A stretch of DNA of 64,000 bases, from positions 35,650,001-35,714,000 of the forward strand of contig JANJGN010000026.1 in assembly GCA_026770705.1 (NCBI GenBank), given 5' to 3'. Below are positions 1 to 11,170 of the stretch, one piece after another. The stretch's first letter is position 1, and each line of letters starts with the position of its first letter. Below the pieces are notes generated by a model. It made no database searches, was not told the DNA's origin, and was given only the letters and a program-made list of their open reading frames with translations. The stretch comes from Isurus oxyrinchus. Lineage: Eukaryota. The translations under genes were made by a program, and so were the position numbers.

Positions 1-1057
1 ACTGCCCTTGCCAAGGTGCTGATGAGGCTTCCTGAGCGGCTATACAATGCGCAGTAGAGCAACACTGTTCAGTGTGATGATCCCTGAGGCTTTTAACATT
101 GCAGTCTTGGAAACTTTATTTCGGAGCGGAAATACAGATCCCCAGATCCCCCTACCCCATCAACACCCCCACCTCTACCCTCCGCCCCGCCCCCCCCCCA
201 ACCCCCTGCTATCTGCAGTTGAACTAAGCAATGTCAAGCTTGGACAGCGGCATCAGTCTGTCCAATAGTACAGGGAAAGCAAGCCAGCTCAGGCCGAGAG
301 CAACAAACGGAAGCTGCGGCTGGTAATGTCTGCAGTTTCATAGGGTGAATCTGTTAGGTGGGTCTATTAAGGGAAATATTTAAACCTGTACCGTCATCAG
401 TGCAGATGTCTTTCAATAAAAGAATTGCTCAATGGCAATTGGTGCTTCCCACAGCCGGTATAAAGGGGAATGTAAATGCCACAGTGTCCGGAGGGATTCG
501 ACACAAAGAGAATATTTCCAACAAAGACCATTTCCATATGTATTAAAATGGGAGTCACTGTCAGGTTGATCCAGTATGGTAGAGGTTCAACGGTCGATGA
601 GTTCAATGGTGCAGGGGTGAACTGGTCATTCCAATTATTTAGAACATATTGACGTTAACAACAACCATTTTCACATTAAATTGCTTAACCACGAGGACAG
701 AGTTTTCAGACTTCCATTTGAAGTTAATGGCTGAATTTTATTGCATGTTTCTTAGTCTTTTAATAAACATTAATAAAGAACAATGTTGTCAATCTGCGAC
801 TATCTTTGAACGCAAAAGATCAAACCTAGTCGCCTACTGACCTCTGGTGGAATGTATATTTAAATATTTTTGATGAAAATTTAGAGGAAATGGCGGCTCA
901 GGGTAATGTGCTCAGTTTGAACAGCAGCTCGGATAATAAAGTAATTGAAATAAGGAAACATTAGTCTTATGAAGTGTTTATTTTACACCAGTCTTCGATT
1001 TTCCCGCCGCAACTTCCGATTTTTGCCAGCTGTGTCTCTGTACTACAGAGGGCTGGG

Positions 1058-1350
1058 GGTTTCTGTACGAGGATTGAACTCGTTTCCATTAGTGCCAAGC
1101 TGCATTGTCGGCCAGCTGCAGCTCCGAGATCGTTAAAGTTATGAATTTAGTGAAGCTGTTCAACTTAGATAAAAAGTGTTTCTTTTTTACAAGATCGACT
1201 TTACTTCAGAACATCTCGGCATTTTATCAGAATAAATTCGGCATGTCTGTCAGTGTGATGCCGGTACCCGAATAAATGTAAGCCGCCGCTCCAACTAACG
1301 TCACATTTTCATGCCATCACTTCTCCTGTCTTAATCCCTGACGACAGTAG
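1058..1350 (-). pseudogene. TCR alpha/delta V pseudogene (paralog of the 5.6 kb V)
   Basis: Minus strand reads LHLFGYRHHTDRHAEFIL (decayed WYRQ) and TLTISELQLADNAA*. Nonamer ACAGAAACC at 1058-1066. Spacer resembles that of the V at 5563-5601; YYC and heptamer are damaged by deletion. Confidence 0.75.
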
Positions 1351-3503
1351 CTGATCTGTTAAAAAAAATGTTCAAGCAGGAAAGATCAATCATGCGGGAG
1401 TTTAAAATGCAAACTCAATACATATTTAAAACGAACGAAGATATGGAGTGTTTTTGATCCACAGCCATCGCCAGCAGCCTGAGTTTGACAGTAAAAACCA
1501 ACACGATTATAGAAATCAGGGAAAGAATGTATTGTTGACAGGAGGAAACTGATTACTGATTACACAATCCATAGGAGATGGGTCTGGAACTCTGCAGCCG
1601 GGAAAACCTCTCTTGCGGGGGAAAAGCAAGCTCACGTCCCTCTGCACGGCTGTAACAACCGATGTCAAATACAGAGCAGAGGCAGCAATCCCTCCAGTAA
1701 AGCAAGCAAGCCAGGTCAGGGCGAGAGCAGCAAGTGAAATTTGCGGGCTGGGCTTCAAATAGTAGTGTTGCCACATGTAACATCCATGTGTGAGGGATTT
1801 TCGGTTTGTTCTCACTTTCTGTCACAATGATCCCTTCCTCCTTTCTTTGAAAGAATCCATTCCAAGAAGAACAAATCCTGCCTCTGTGACCTGCAGATGG
1901 CGAATATGTGAGTGATAATTCGGAATGTACTCTGTGCCACACTACAATTGCAGATGGAGGAGTATGAGGCAGTTCCTGCAATAAAGAAACACATGCTGCA
2001 ATATCACTTTAAATTGAACCGGTGAGTTAGAACTGGGGGGTAGAATTTCAAAGCAGAAAATGAAATTATCCGCTGGTATCGAGAACGTTATTCTCACACA
2101 CAATATGGTGAAAGTGTGGAATAAGTTTCTGGTTAGAGTGGCGGAAGGATAAACCACTGAATTTTTAAGGCCAAAGTTGAGTCTTAATAGGGCTGCGAGG
2201 CAGGATCGCTTCGGACGGACGAGGGCACAAGTCTGAATTATCTTGCCAAATAAAGGAACGCAGGAGTTCTAATTGGTTGTTACAAATAACCGGCACCAGA
2301 TGGCAGTGGAGGATGGTTTCAGTGTGTCGGGTTCAGTTTCCCGCCGAGGACAGCGATCAGTTAATTTGTTGAAGAAAGGCATTAAAGAAAGATTCAAACA
2401 TAGAGGCAATACTTTCAAATGTTTTTCTATTTTTATTAATATTGTTGTGTCATTCACGGTTCAGTTTGTTGCACACTTCCCTCTGGATCTTAAGAGTTTT
2501 ACCCATTCTTCGATGCAGAATAAACAACATCAGCTTGCAACCCGCATCCAACAACTGAAGTTCATCTCCTTCCTGTGTAATTAGTGCCGGCTACCTGTCA
2601 TCGTTCAAAATTCTACAAAGCTCCAGACTCTCATCGTGTTTTCCTCCCATGTTTCCCGGTTATCAGTGATTCTTTGCTCTTTTTAGATGCTACGGAGGAG
2701 GAGGGATTGGTTGGGGGTGGGGGGGGGGGGGGTGGGGGGGCGGCGGTGCCGCGGTGAGTAACTCTGACAGAAACTGACCCTCCCCTCACGGGGAGCGGCG
2801 ACGCGGCTTCCCATTTACCTGTCAGCCATCAGCCTGATGAGCTGTATAAAAGCTTTGCGCTCATCTACCTGCTTATATATATATACATTATTTATTCATT
2901 ATCAAAAAGGTACGGATGTCCTAGACTTTATACTTCAACTGCCAATATGCAGACATTACTTGTCAGACCAGCCTGATTTGTTATCCCTCTCGCCGCATAG
3001 CCAGAGGTTTCTGGATTCCAGTCCACTTGAGTCCCCAGGATCAATGCGGACACCCGAGTGCAATCCTATGGGAAGAGTGGACCTTTCTGACGAGGTGTCA
3101 AATCGTGATCGTCATTTGCCCTCACATGTGGGTTGATAAATCGCAACGCCACTTTTTCAAAGAAGAGCAGGCTTGGTTAACATCTATACACCCATAAAGA
3201 TCTCTGGAACAGACGGGTAATTAAACGATTACTATTTAAAGGATCATTCCGGGTGCAAATTAGCTGCTGAGTTTTCTACATTACTTTATAACAATGACGG
3301 AAAAACAATTTGGGGTGTCACGATACGCGCTACATGAACACTCTATATTTCATTTTCTGAACTTCCCACATTTGTATATTTATGATATATTCAGTAGGAT
3401 TAGAATTATTAGTGAAAGGTATCGCATATGCGGGAACCTGTTCAGACTCACTCCTGATCACAATGGTTGCGTCATGCTCTGTGATATTGAGAGACTCTCT
3501 GAC

Positions 3504-3542
3504 AGTTTTCGTACAGGTTCAGCCCAGCCCCGAGTCTCTGTG
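3504..3542 (-). other. 23-RSS
   Basis: CACAGAG + 23 bp + ACGAAAACT directly after the V exon. Confidence 0.92.
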
Positions 3543-4415
3543 AGTCTCAGTGCGCAGTAATACACCGCGGAGTCTGCCAGTTCTGTTTCAGACACTTTAA
3601 ACGGGACGGTGCCGATCAAATCGTTGAGCTCCGCTGAAAAACGGTTCCCAGGAAATATCTCTTTGTTCTCGGTGTATCTAGTCCTCAGCAACAGATACTC
3701 CATGGATCCGCTGGGATGCTGACGATACCAGAATAAGTTGAGATCGTTGCTGTATGTAGCTGTATAATTACAGAACAACCGAACATTGTCTCCTTCACTC
3801 ACTGTGATTGCAGGCGGTGCCTGTGAAACGGAATCTCCTCGACAATGTCCTGTAAGAGCCAAGAGTAACATTAAATTAAACGATATCATTTAAGTTTGTT
3901 CATGCGCTTTAATAGGATCATCGCCCTGGACAATAACTTTAGAAATGAATCGGAGGAGCTAAACACAAATATATTCCCCTCCACTCAGTGGTTCTAATCG
4001 GAAGCTGCTTGGACCGAATAAACAAAACTTCCTTCAATGAACATTCGGTTCCTTCTATCGAAATCACGTCCTCAGCTTCGTTTCCTGTAATTTGAAGGGA
4101 AAGTGAAAACTCTCGGTGAGTTTAAAGCTTTGGTGTTTGTCAAAGTCCGTCTCCGACACCGGCGGGGCCCGTAGTCTCACTATAACTCTTCCAGCCTCAT
4201 TCATTCGGGTAGCTTTCCTACTACCGTGCAGCGACAAAGTGGATCCAGATGATTTTCTCATTTGGGATCAACATATTTTTACCACCTGTTAATCGAACTG
4301 TCCGATTGAATGTAGTGAATGGTAAAGATATGACTTGCAGAGTTGTACAATTTATGAACCTACCAGTGAAAAGAGCTGCTGCTGTGAGGAATAAATACAA
4401 AGCAACAGGAGACAT
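3543..4415 (-). CDS. Potentially functional TCR alpha/delta V gene segment (leader exon 4415-4364, V exon 3849-3543)
   Basis: Leader MSPVALYLFLTAAALFT-G|GTAGG; acceptor TTACAG at 3850. Open V exon DSVSQ..VRLFC(23)..LFWYRQ..RFSAEL..DSAVYYCALRL with all canonical residues. Confidence 0.92.
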
Positions 4416-4499
4416 GTTTGCAGAGAGCTCGCGGCGGATCTAACCAGAATAGGGTGAAGCCGAAATTGTTTTAGTCAAGGGTTGGTAAGAAGTGGCGTT

Positions 4500-4600
4500 A
4501 CACCCCGGCCTCTGCTGATTGGTTCATTGCTGACTGGGTCACCAATCAGCTGAAAGCTTCTTTGTGTTTAATTCAACCAATCAGGTCGCAGCTCCTTTGA
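4500..4600 (-). promoter_or_regulatory. V promoter with clustered CCAAT boxes
   Basis: CTGATTGG (~4515), CCAATCAG (~4542) and CCAATCAG (~4577) lie 100-170 bp upstream of the ATG. Homologous sequence occurs upstream of the leaders at 41425 and 51953. Confidence 0.55.
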
Positions 4601-4849
4601 TCTCTAATTCGTATCACCAGCGTCGGGAGAAAGGAAGGAAGTGAATGTATTCATCTCACAACAGGGAATTGGACAGGGATTAAACCCGATGTTCACCCCT
4701 TAACAAGTTCAATCGGTAAGACGGAGAGAGAAGGAAAGAGCTGCTCTATGACTATGAAAACACCGTTAGCCCTAGTTAACAGGCTTCAGTTGGAAATTCA
4801 TGTCTGCATTTAGACTTAGGTGATTAAATAAACTCGTCAAGCGACCATC

Positions 4850-5150
4850 AAAACAAAAAATCCCAAACACGCAAACCCTTCCTCCGAGAAGGACAAGGGC
4901 GGCAGACACCGCCGGCTGCAAGTCCCCCTCCAAGCCCCACACAAGTATAACTGAAAACTATAACGGCCGCCCCTTCACTGTCTCTGGATCGAAATGCTGG
5001 AACTCCCTCCCTAACAGCACTGTGGACGTACCTACACCACATGGACTGCAGCGGTTCAAGAAGAAAGCTCACCATAGACTTCTCAAGAGGGGTGGGGAGG
5101 AAATGCTGGTCCGGCTAGCGACTTTCAATACCAGTAAAGCATGGAAAAAT
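4850..5150 (+). mobile_element. LINE 3' fragment (CR1/L2-type family B)
   Basis: Matches the ...TCCCTCCCTAACAGCACTGTG...GGACTGCAGCGGTTCAAGAAG... 3' region also seen at 39.6-40.3 kb and 44.7-45.1 kb. Confidence 0.75.
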
Positions 5151-5562
5151 GTCCTCCACCTGTCACCCGCTCGGATAACCAAACCAACGACTAATGATGC
5201 ACCCTACTGCGCTCGTGTTTCTGTCAATTAGTCCGTCAATCATCCCAGTACGAGAACTGATAAAGTTCTGCAAGACGCGTATTGTTTATGTATCCACAGA
5301 TGCTGACTGACTTACTTTTTTGCATAATCATTCTGTCAGCCGCCCTCTGGTGACAAGAGCGTATAAACTTTTACAAAGCAGTTTCAGAGAAAGCAGTTGG
5401 CTCAGGGTCATGTGCTCTGCTGAAAGGCAGACATAATTGATATCACCATTGAACATCGGAACATGATAATTTTTCTAAATGATTATGCTGTGATGGTCTT
5501 CGCATCCAGTCGCCTTGTAACTGAATTCTTGAAGTGGAGTTTCACATCCACAAACTGCCGGG

Positions 5563-5850
5563 TGTACATGTATGAGGGTTTAACTTGTTTCCAACACGGT
5601 GACCCTCAGGGCGCAGGAATAAATTGCAGTTAGATACAGCCCAGTGATGGCAAATGAATTTTGTCAAGCTGCCGACATTTGCAGACCAATGCATTTTAGC
5701 AAAATCTGCTTTATTTTTCAAAACCTTTGAAGCATTACATAAACTAAGCATTGGCTGTGTTTCAGCTTGTTGTTGGTACCAGCTGCCGCGTCTGTTTCTG
5801 TCTTAAACCTTACGAATAGTGCCTGAGCGACAATATCTCCATGGCTCAGA
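5563..5850 (-). pseudogene. TCR V pseudogene with 23-RSS
   Basis: HGDIVAQ..SWYQQQAETQP..KADFAK..AIYSCALR with an FR1 deletion and frameshifts. CACCGTG (5595-5601) + 23 bp + ACATGTACA. Confidence 0.85.
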
Positions 5851-6689
5851 TATCAGAAATTTGTAGTAAACAAGGAAAGATCAAAAACACGGGAGTCTTG
5901 GCCTGGAGGAGGGTAACTTATGAAAAGCAGATACGCAGCCACCAGATACGGTCAATAAATAAATAAATGAATAAAACTTATGAAAGAAAAAGAATCGAAG
6001 GAGAGTTTAGAATCGGAAATTGTTGAATATTATTTTGAGCCCGGAAGGCGAATAATTCTGTAAAGTTGCACCTTGCAGTTCCATGTCAACGCCACTAGAG
6101 GGCAGTGTGAGACAGTGTTGGTTTCGGGGTCGGGGTGCATTCTGGTCTCACAACAGTGTTCAGAAATTTTACTGAAGAAAATTGACGAAAAGAACAAATT
6201 CAGAAACAGAAACATTATTTTTTTCAATGTTTATATAACTCTTGGTAGGTTGTATCTGTTTGAAAGAGAAAGAAAATGCATCCACGCACACGGGTTCAAA
6301 CGGTAAAATATTTAGACTAATATCAGCATATATTTGTTGTCACAATGAGATGGATCACAGTGTGGAACAAACTTTCAGCCAGAATGCGGGAGGAAAATAC
6401 CCTGGAATCCTTGGATGCTTAGTTGAAGGCGAGATTAGGGCCTTTATGGATAGGAGAGCGATACGAGGAAGAAGGCAACAGCAGTTCGAATTTGAAACTA
6501 CCTTGAGAACGGCAGCTTGGCGGGAATTTACGTGAATTATTGCACCCATGCAATTGTCAGTGTGCACCAGCAGAGAGCAGTGTGAATCACTGAGAAATTC
6601 TGAATGTGGACCGTCCGGTGTGAGCTCAGAGACAGCGAGCTGTGTCAGTGTGAAACCTTATCTTTACCTTGCTTGCCCTGCTCTCAACC

Positions 6690-6960
6690 CTTAATTAGCA
6701 CATTCCTTAGATAATATCATCACCTTTAACACCTCTTTGTCCTTTTGTCTGTGACATCTTTTAGTTATCTCCACTTATCACTGGCCGTTTATCCAGCTCT
6801 ACTTGCACCCCCCACCCCCTTACGCCAGCTTATATTTCACCTCTCTTCTATTTTTACTTAGTTCAGTTGAGGAGTCAATCGGAGTCGAAACATTAACTGT
6901 GCTCCTGTCCGCAGATGCTGCAACACCTGCTGAGTTTTTCCAGGTATTTTTGTTTTTGAC
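6690..6960 (+). mobile_element. Penelope-like element 3' end
   Basis: Reverse complement of 49500-49830, which adjoins a GIY-YIG C-terminal coding fragment. Confidence 0.65.
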
Positions 6961-7115
6961 TCAGTTTCTGTCCTTAGTTCGACAGGAATGCGCCTCTGAG
7001 TTGCTCGTTATAAGTTCTTCAGACGATAATATCCATCCCCTGGTTTTAACCTGACTCTCTGGACAATTTTCTCAACCGGCATTTTGTGTGGTCTGATAAT
7101 ACTTCGGATTTGCAG

Positions 7116-7449
7116 AGTGCTTCTGCTGTTTCCAACAGAAGCGGGAATCATATCCATGAAGTTCTCCATCACCATTGCGTTTGACATCGTGCGTTGGTGC
7201 AGACGGATTCCGAATCAGCCCCCTCCCCCAGCCCACCCCACGCCCCCTACCACCGACCAACCCCTCTCTCCACGCGCCCAGCATCTATTGATGGCCACAA
7301 GAGGAACTGACCAACATGAAATGATCACTGCTTCAACCGAGGGAGGCAACAAACTCTGTGCCGTGACTGGGAGGCGCTCGGGTTACAAACACTGCTGCCT
7401 ATCTCTGTGCCACAGTCTCACAGTTCAATGAAGAGCTGGTACAGAAACC
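7116..7449 (+). pseudogene. TCR (delta-like) V pseudogene with 23-RSS
   Basis: Acceptor TTTGCAG at 7115; VRWCRRIPNQPP..TAAYLC with a C-rich insertion and frameshift. CACAGTC (7411-7417) + 23 bp + ACAGAAACC. Confidence 0.8.
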
Positions 7450-8439
7450 TGGACCAAGTGGGGGAACCACACCACTGTTATTCGATCATCGGCTTTTCGA
7501 GTGGTGCTTTTACAAAGATCCCAGGGTAGGGGCTATGAAAACAAAACAAAAAATAAAATCTAGAATTGAAATACTTAAAGATAGTCAGAAATGAAGAGAA
7601 TTGGACACAGAGTTGGAGAGAAAAAGAAAAAACTTATCGCACAATCCAGAATGAGTGGGAGAAAAACAGAAAGCGAAAACGTGTTTAACCATTGGTGAAG
7701 AGGACAGAAAATTAGGAAACAATCAAACGATAAGAGGAAGCAAGTAAAAATTAACGAGTGTGATGCATAGAGGTAAAGATCAGATAAAATAATTATTGAA
7801 AAAAGCTTATATAAAGTAAAATGCCCTTTCCTTTAACTTCACTCATATTTCCTTGATAGTTACACAGTTGAATTTTTTGAAGTACGTCCCTGAAAAAGTG
7901 GTTGCTGGTAATTGTCCCATGGATAAACTTGCATTCGGCTCATTGTTCTAAAGGTGTAATATTCTTAGATTTCCCACCAGAGGGCGCAGTGGTTAGATGT
8001 TCCTCCCTGTTATCAAACTGAAATTAGAGAGGCAGAACTGGCGGAAAAACTGCCAGCTGCAATCCCGCCAACAACTTCCGTTTGCAGTTACTCTTACGAG
8101 CACCCGAAGATGCCGATTTAATCTTAACAAATGGGTAATAGCAGTAAATATGCAGCGTTTTGTCTCGTCTTGCACCGCAGTGTTTATGTAATATTCTGAG
8201 ATATGGGACAGGAAGAGAAAACATTGTGACACTAGCAAATAACGAAAAATGGCACGTGAAATAACAATGTCCTTTTTGTCCCGTCTCCCCAACTCCAACT
8301 GAATGTCGGTATCAACCTGTTACATTTTATGAATTATATTTAGCCTAATGAACAATGACAGTCCTCTAATCTGTTGAGCTATAGACTGGGGAAAGGGTGT
8401 GCTCGCTATGCTTTGCATTAGTAGAGTTGTCACCTTCAT

Positions 8440-8850
8440 CAAACCGAATGAACACGCCCCAGTTCACAAATTTCAGCACAAAATCCTGCCTAACATTTGA
8501 GGAAGAGCTGCAATTTCGGACATATCACTTTTTGGATGTGAATTGAAACCGAGTCCTTTCCTGAACTATCTCATGGCATAACATTTCTAATTGCATTACT
8601 TTTGGAAGAACATGGGGATTGTCCCTGGCGTATTGTTCCAATATTTAGCCTTAATCATATCTAATATCAGGTTAAATGTTTAATTTCACATTTCTCTTTG
8701 TTGGATCCTGTTGTAAGTATTATTTTCTGGTTCGTTCCCCTGTATTGCAACATTTTAACTTCAAAAGCATTCCAGTAGATAGAATGGTGCAAAGCATTTT
8801 GGTACATCATAAGAGCGAGTAACGTGCTAGAAAAATGCAAGTTCTTTCAT
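8440..8850 (+). mobile_element. Deu-domain SINE (SacSINE1/AmnSINE1-like); further copies near 3020-3340, 11770-12250(-), 18900-19320(-), 25540-25880, 30260-30530, 60040-60500(-)
   Basis: Recurrent core ...AAACCGAG..C...GAAGA.CAGG...CCTGG..AATATT...CTTCAAAAG...AAATGCAAG across the copies; family name from memory. Confidence 0.6.
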
Positions 8851-8939
8851 TCTAAATAAACATAATTTAAATTGGAAATTAAATAGTCAAAAGTTTAAAG
8901 CCCATTATAACTTTGAGAATGTCCTTTATTATAACCTAT

Positions 8940-9320
8940 ATTTCTGCCCTAGAAGTGTTTATGGGAAATTATAAAGAAGGCTTTACTCTATATCTGACAG
9001 AGTTACATCAAATCTGGGAGTGTTTTACAGGGAAAGTATAGAGGGAGATTTACCCTGTATCTAACAAAGTTGCATCAAAATTGGAGTGTTTTACAGGGGC
9101 AGGATGGAGAGAACATTGATCTGTATCTAACAGCTGCGTCAACTCTGGGAGTGATTGACAGGCACATTATAGAGGGAGCTTTACTGTGGATCTAACCCCG
9201 TGCTGTACCTATTCTGAGAGCGTTTGATGGGGACAGTATAGATGGAGCTTCACTCTGTATCTAACCCTGTGCTGTACCTGTCCTGGGATTTTTTTGACAG
9301 CGCAGAGGGAGCTTTACTTC
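8940..9320. repeat. Minisatellite (~60-70 bp unit)
   Basis: Repeated GGGAGCTTTACTCTGTATCTAAC...CTGGGAGTGTTT..CAGGG; a reverse-complement remnant lies near 34200-34440. Confidence 0.8.
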
Positions 9321-10628
9321 GAGAGAGAATGAAATAGAGAAAGGACGTGCAGAGAGAGAAAGAGAGAGATCGGAATCATTAAATGTTCATATACAACTTT
9401 AAAAATTATATTATTGTTCTAAAATGAGTTGGTTTTGTCGTTAAACCGACTGTTTTTTTTCCAGAACTCTTTGGTTGGATCTTCAGAAACACAAGATATT
9501 TTTTGCAAAAAAATTGTTTTGTTTTCTGTTTTGTCTGAAATAATCCTTTTCAGTCCAGCCAAAGAAGTTCATCGGAGTTATTTTTCTGTCGAAATCTTTA
9601 GTTTTTGCTCTTTTATGCACCCTGGCATTTGAAAACAAACTGCTAACTGAATCTTAACGGAAAGTTTTCTGCTCGTGTTTGCACCGACTGTATCAGTTTC
9701 AATGTTACCGTGCATCACTTCGTTTCCTCTAATATGTTTCGCTTTCAGTTAAGTTTAAAAACATTGCCTCAGATAGCTTGGAAATTGAAAATAAAATGAA
9801 TTCGAAAATAACTTGATTTTTTTTTCACCTTGTTGCCTGCCGTGTTCCGTTATAATGCAATTTTGGCTCCTTATTTTGCTCAGGAGTGTTATAACAAATT
9901 ATATGCATCTTGTGAAATTTATCAATCGGTTTACTTTGTCTGTTTCTCTCTGTCTAACTTCATTCGATTCCATGGATATGTTTTGTCCAAGTAGAGATTA
10001 ACACCTTTTCTCAGCAACTGTAATTTTTGATGATTCATATTTGGCACTAATTCCAAGTTGTCAATGAAGAGAAAATGTCCACTAAATGGAAGCAACATCC
10101 TGTTCAGTGGGGAATTTGTAATCAATATGAGAGAGAAGAGTGACCGATAATTTAGTAGAAGTGCCAGCGAGATTTGACTTAATCACACGACACTTTTAAA
10201 TGCTGCATTAAGAGGGCAGCAAAGAGACCAAATATATCAGGAAATATATGAATACAGCCAGAAGCTGCTTCTCAACACAAATTACCTTGCTGGGCCATTC
10301 TGGAGGGCAGTTAAGGCTCAACTACATGGCTGGGGCTGTGGAGTCACAAGAAGGCCAGACCAAGTAAGGACTGCAGGTTCCCTTCCCTAAAGGACATTAG
10401 AGAACCAGAGGTTCTGTTTTTGTCATGGCAACAGATGATCGCCATTGAGACTAATTTGTTTTCAATTCGAGATTGTTTTTATTAATTAATTGAACAGATC
10501 AATTCCACCACTTGCTGTGGGGGGCCGGAGAGGGGGGGGGGGGGGGGGTGCGGTGGGGGGGGGGGGGGGGGGTGCGGAGGGGTGGGGGCGGGTGGAAGAT
10601 TGAATCCAGTCATCCAGTCTCCACATCA

Positions 10629-11170
10629 GCACCGTGTGAGAGTTGGAGAAGTTTTGTAAAGCGGGGAGAACAGAATAAAATAGGGAGGATAAAATCCAGG
10701 AAATATTGTATCACATCATAAAGTAATTACAATGTAATACAAGGCAGTCAACATCTGTAAGTGACCGACACAGACGAGTCAACGCGTTCCTAAGTGATCT
10801 AAGGCCTTACAGGGACCAGTGACATTGCCGCTACCCCACCGTCTCACGTAACTGCTAAAATAAAGCAGAAATTATGTACTCGCATCGCCGTGAAATTGAC
10901 TACAGTGCCAGGGTCCAACAATGGTGATGAAAAATAATGAAAACTATTGAATAAAGCAGCAGATGAATTAGGGAAGCCTAAGAACTCTTTGTTACTCAGG
11001 TCACTTAGGAAGGCGTTGACTTGCCGGTGTCGGTCACTTACAGATTTTGACTGCCTTGTATTACATTGTGATTACTTTATGACGTGAAGCAATATTTCCA
11101 GGAATATTGACCTCTCTATTTTATTCTGTTCTCCCTGCTTTGCAAAATCTCTCCAAATCTCACACGGAGC
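10629..11170. mobile_element. Long inverted repeat / MITE-like foldback element
   Basis: Arms ~10629-10803 and ~10997-11170 are reverse complements (e.g. ACAATGTAATACAAGGCAGTCAA / TTGACTGCCTTGTATTACATTGT), separated by a ~190 bp spacer. Confidence 0.85.

Noticed and set aside
2450-2690. Possible V relic on the minus strand (QEGDELQL..LFILHRRMGK)
   Set aside because: No Cys, YYC or RSS; too weak to call.
8940-9320. Repeat-spacer appearance (CRISPR-like)
   Set aside because: Whole units are homologous tandem copies in a eukaryotic genome; no unique spacers or cas genes.
10630-10660. CACCGTG + 12 bp + AAGTTTTGT at the foldback end, suggesting RAG-transposon or RSS termini
   Set aside because: The nonamer-like word is in the wrong orientation relative to the heptamer.
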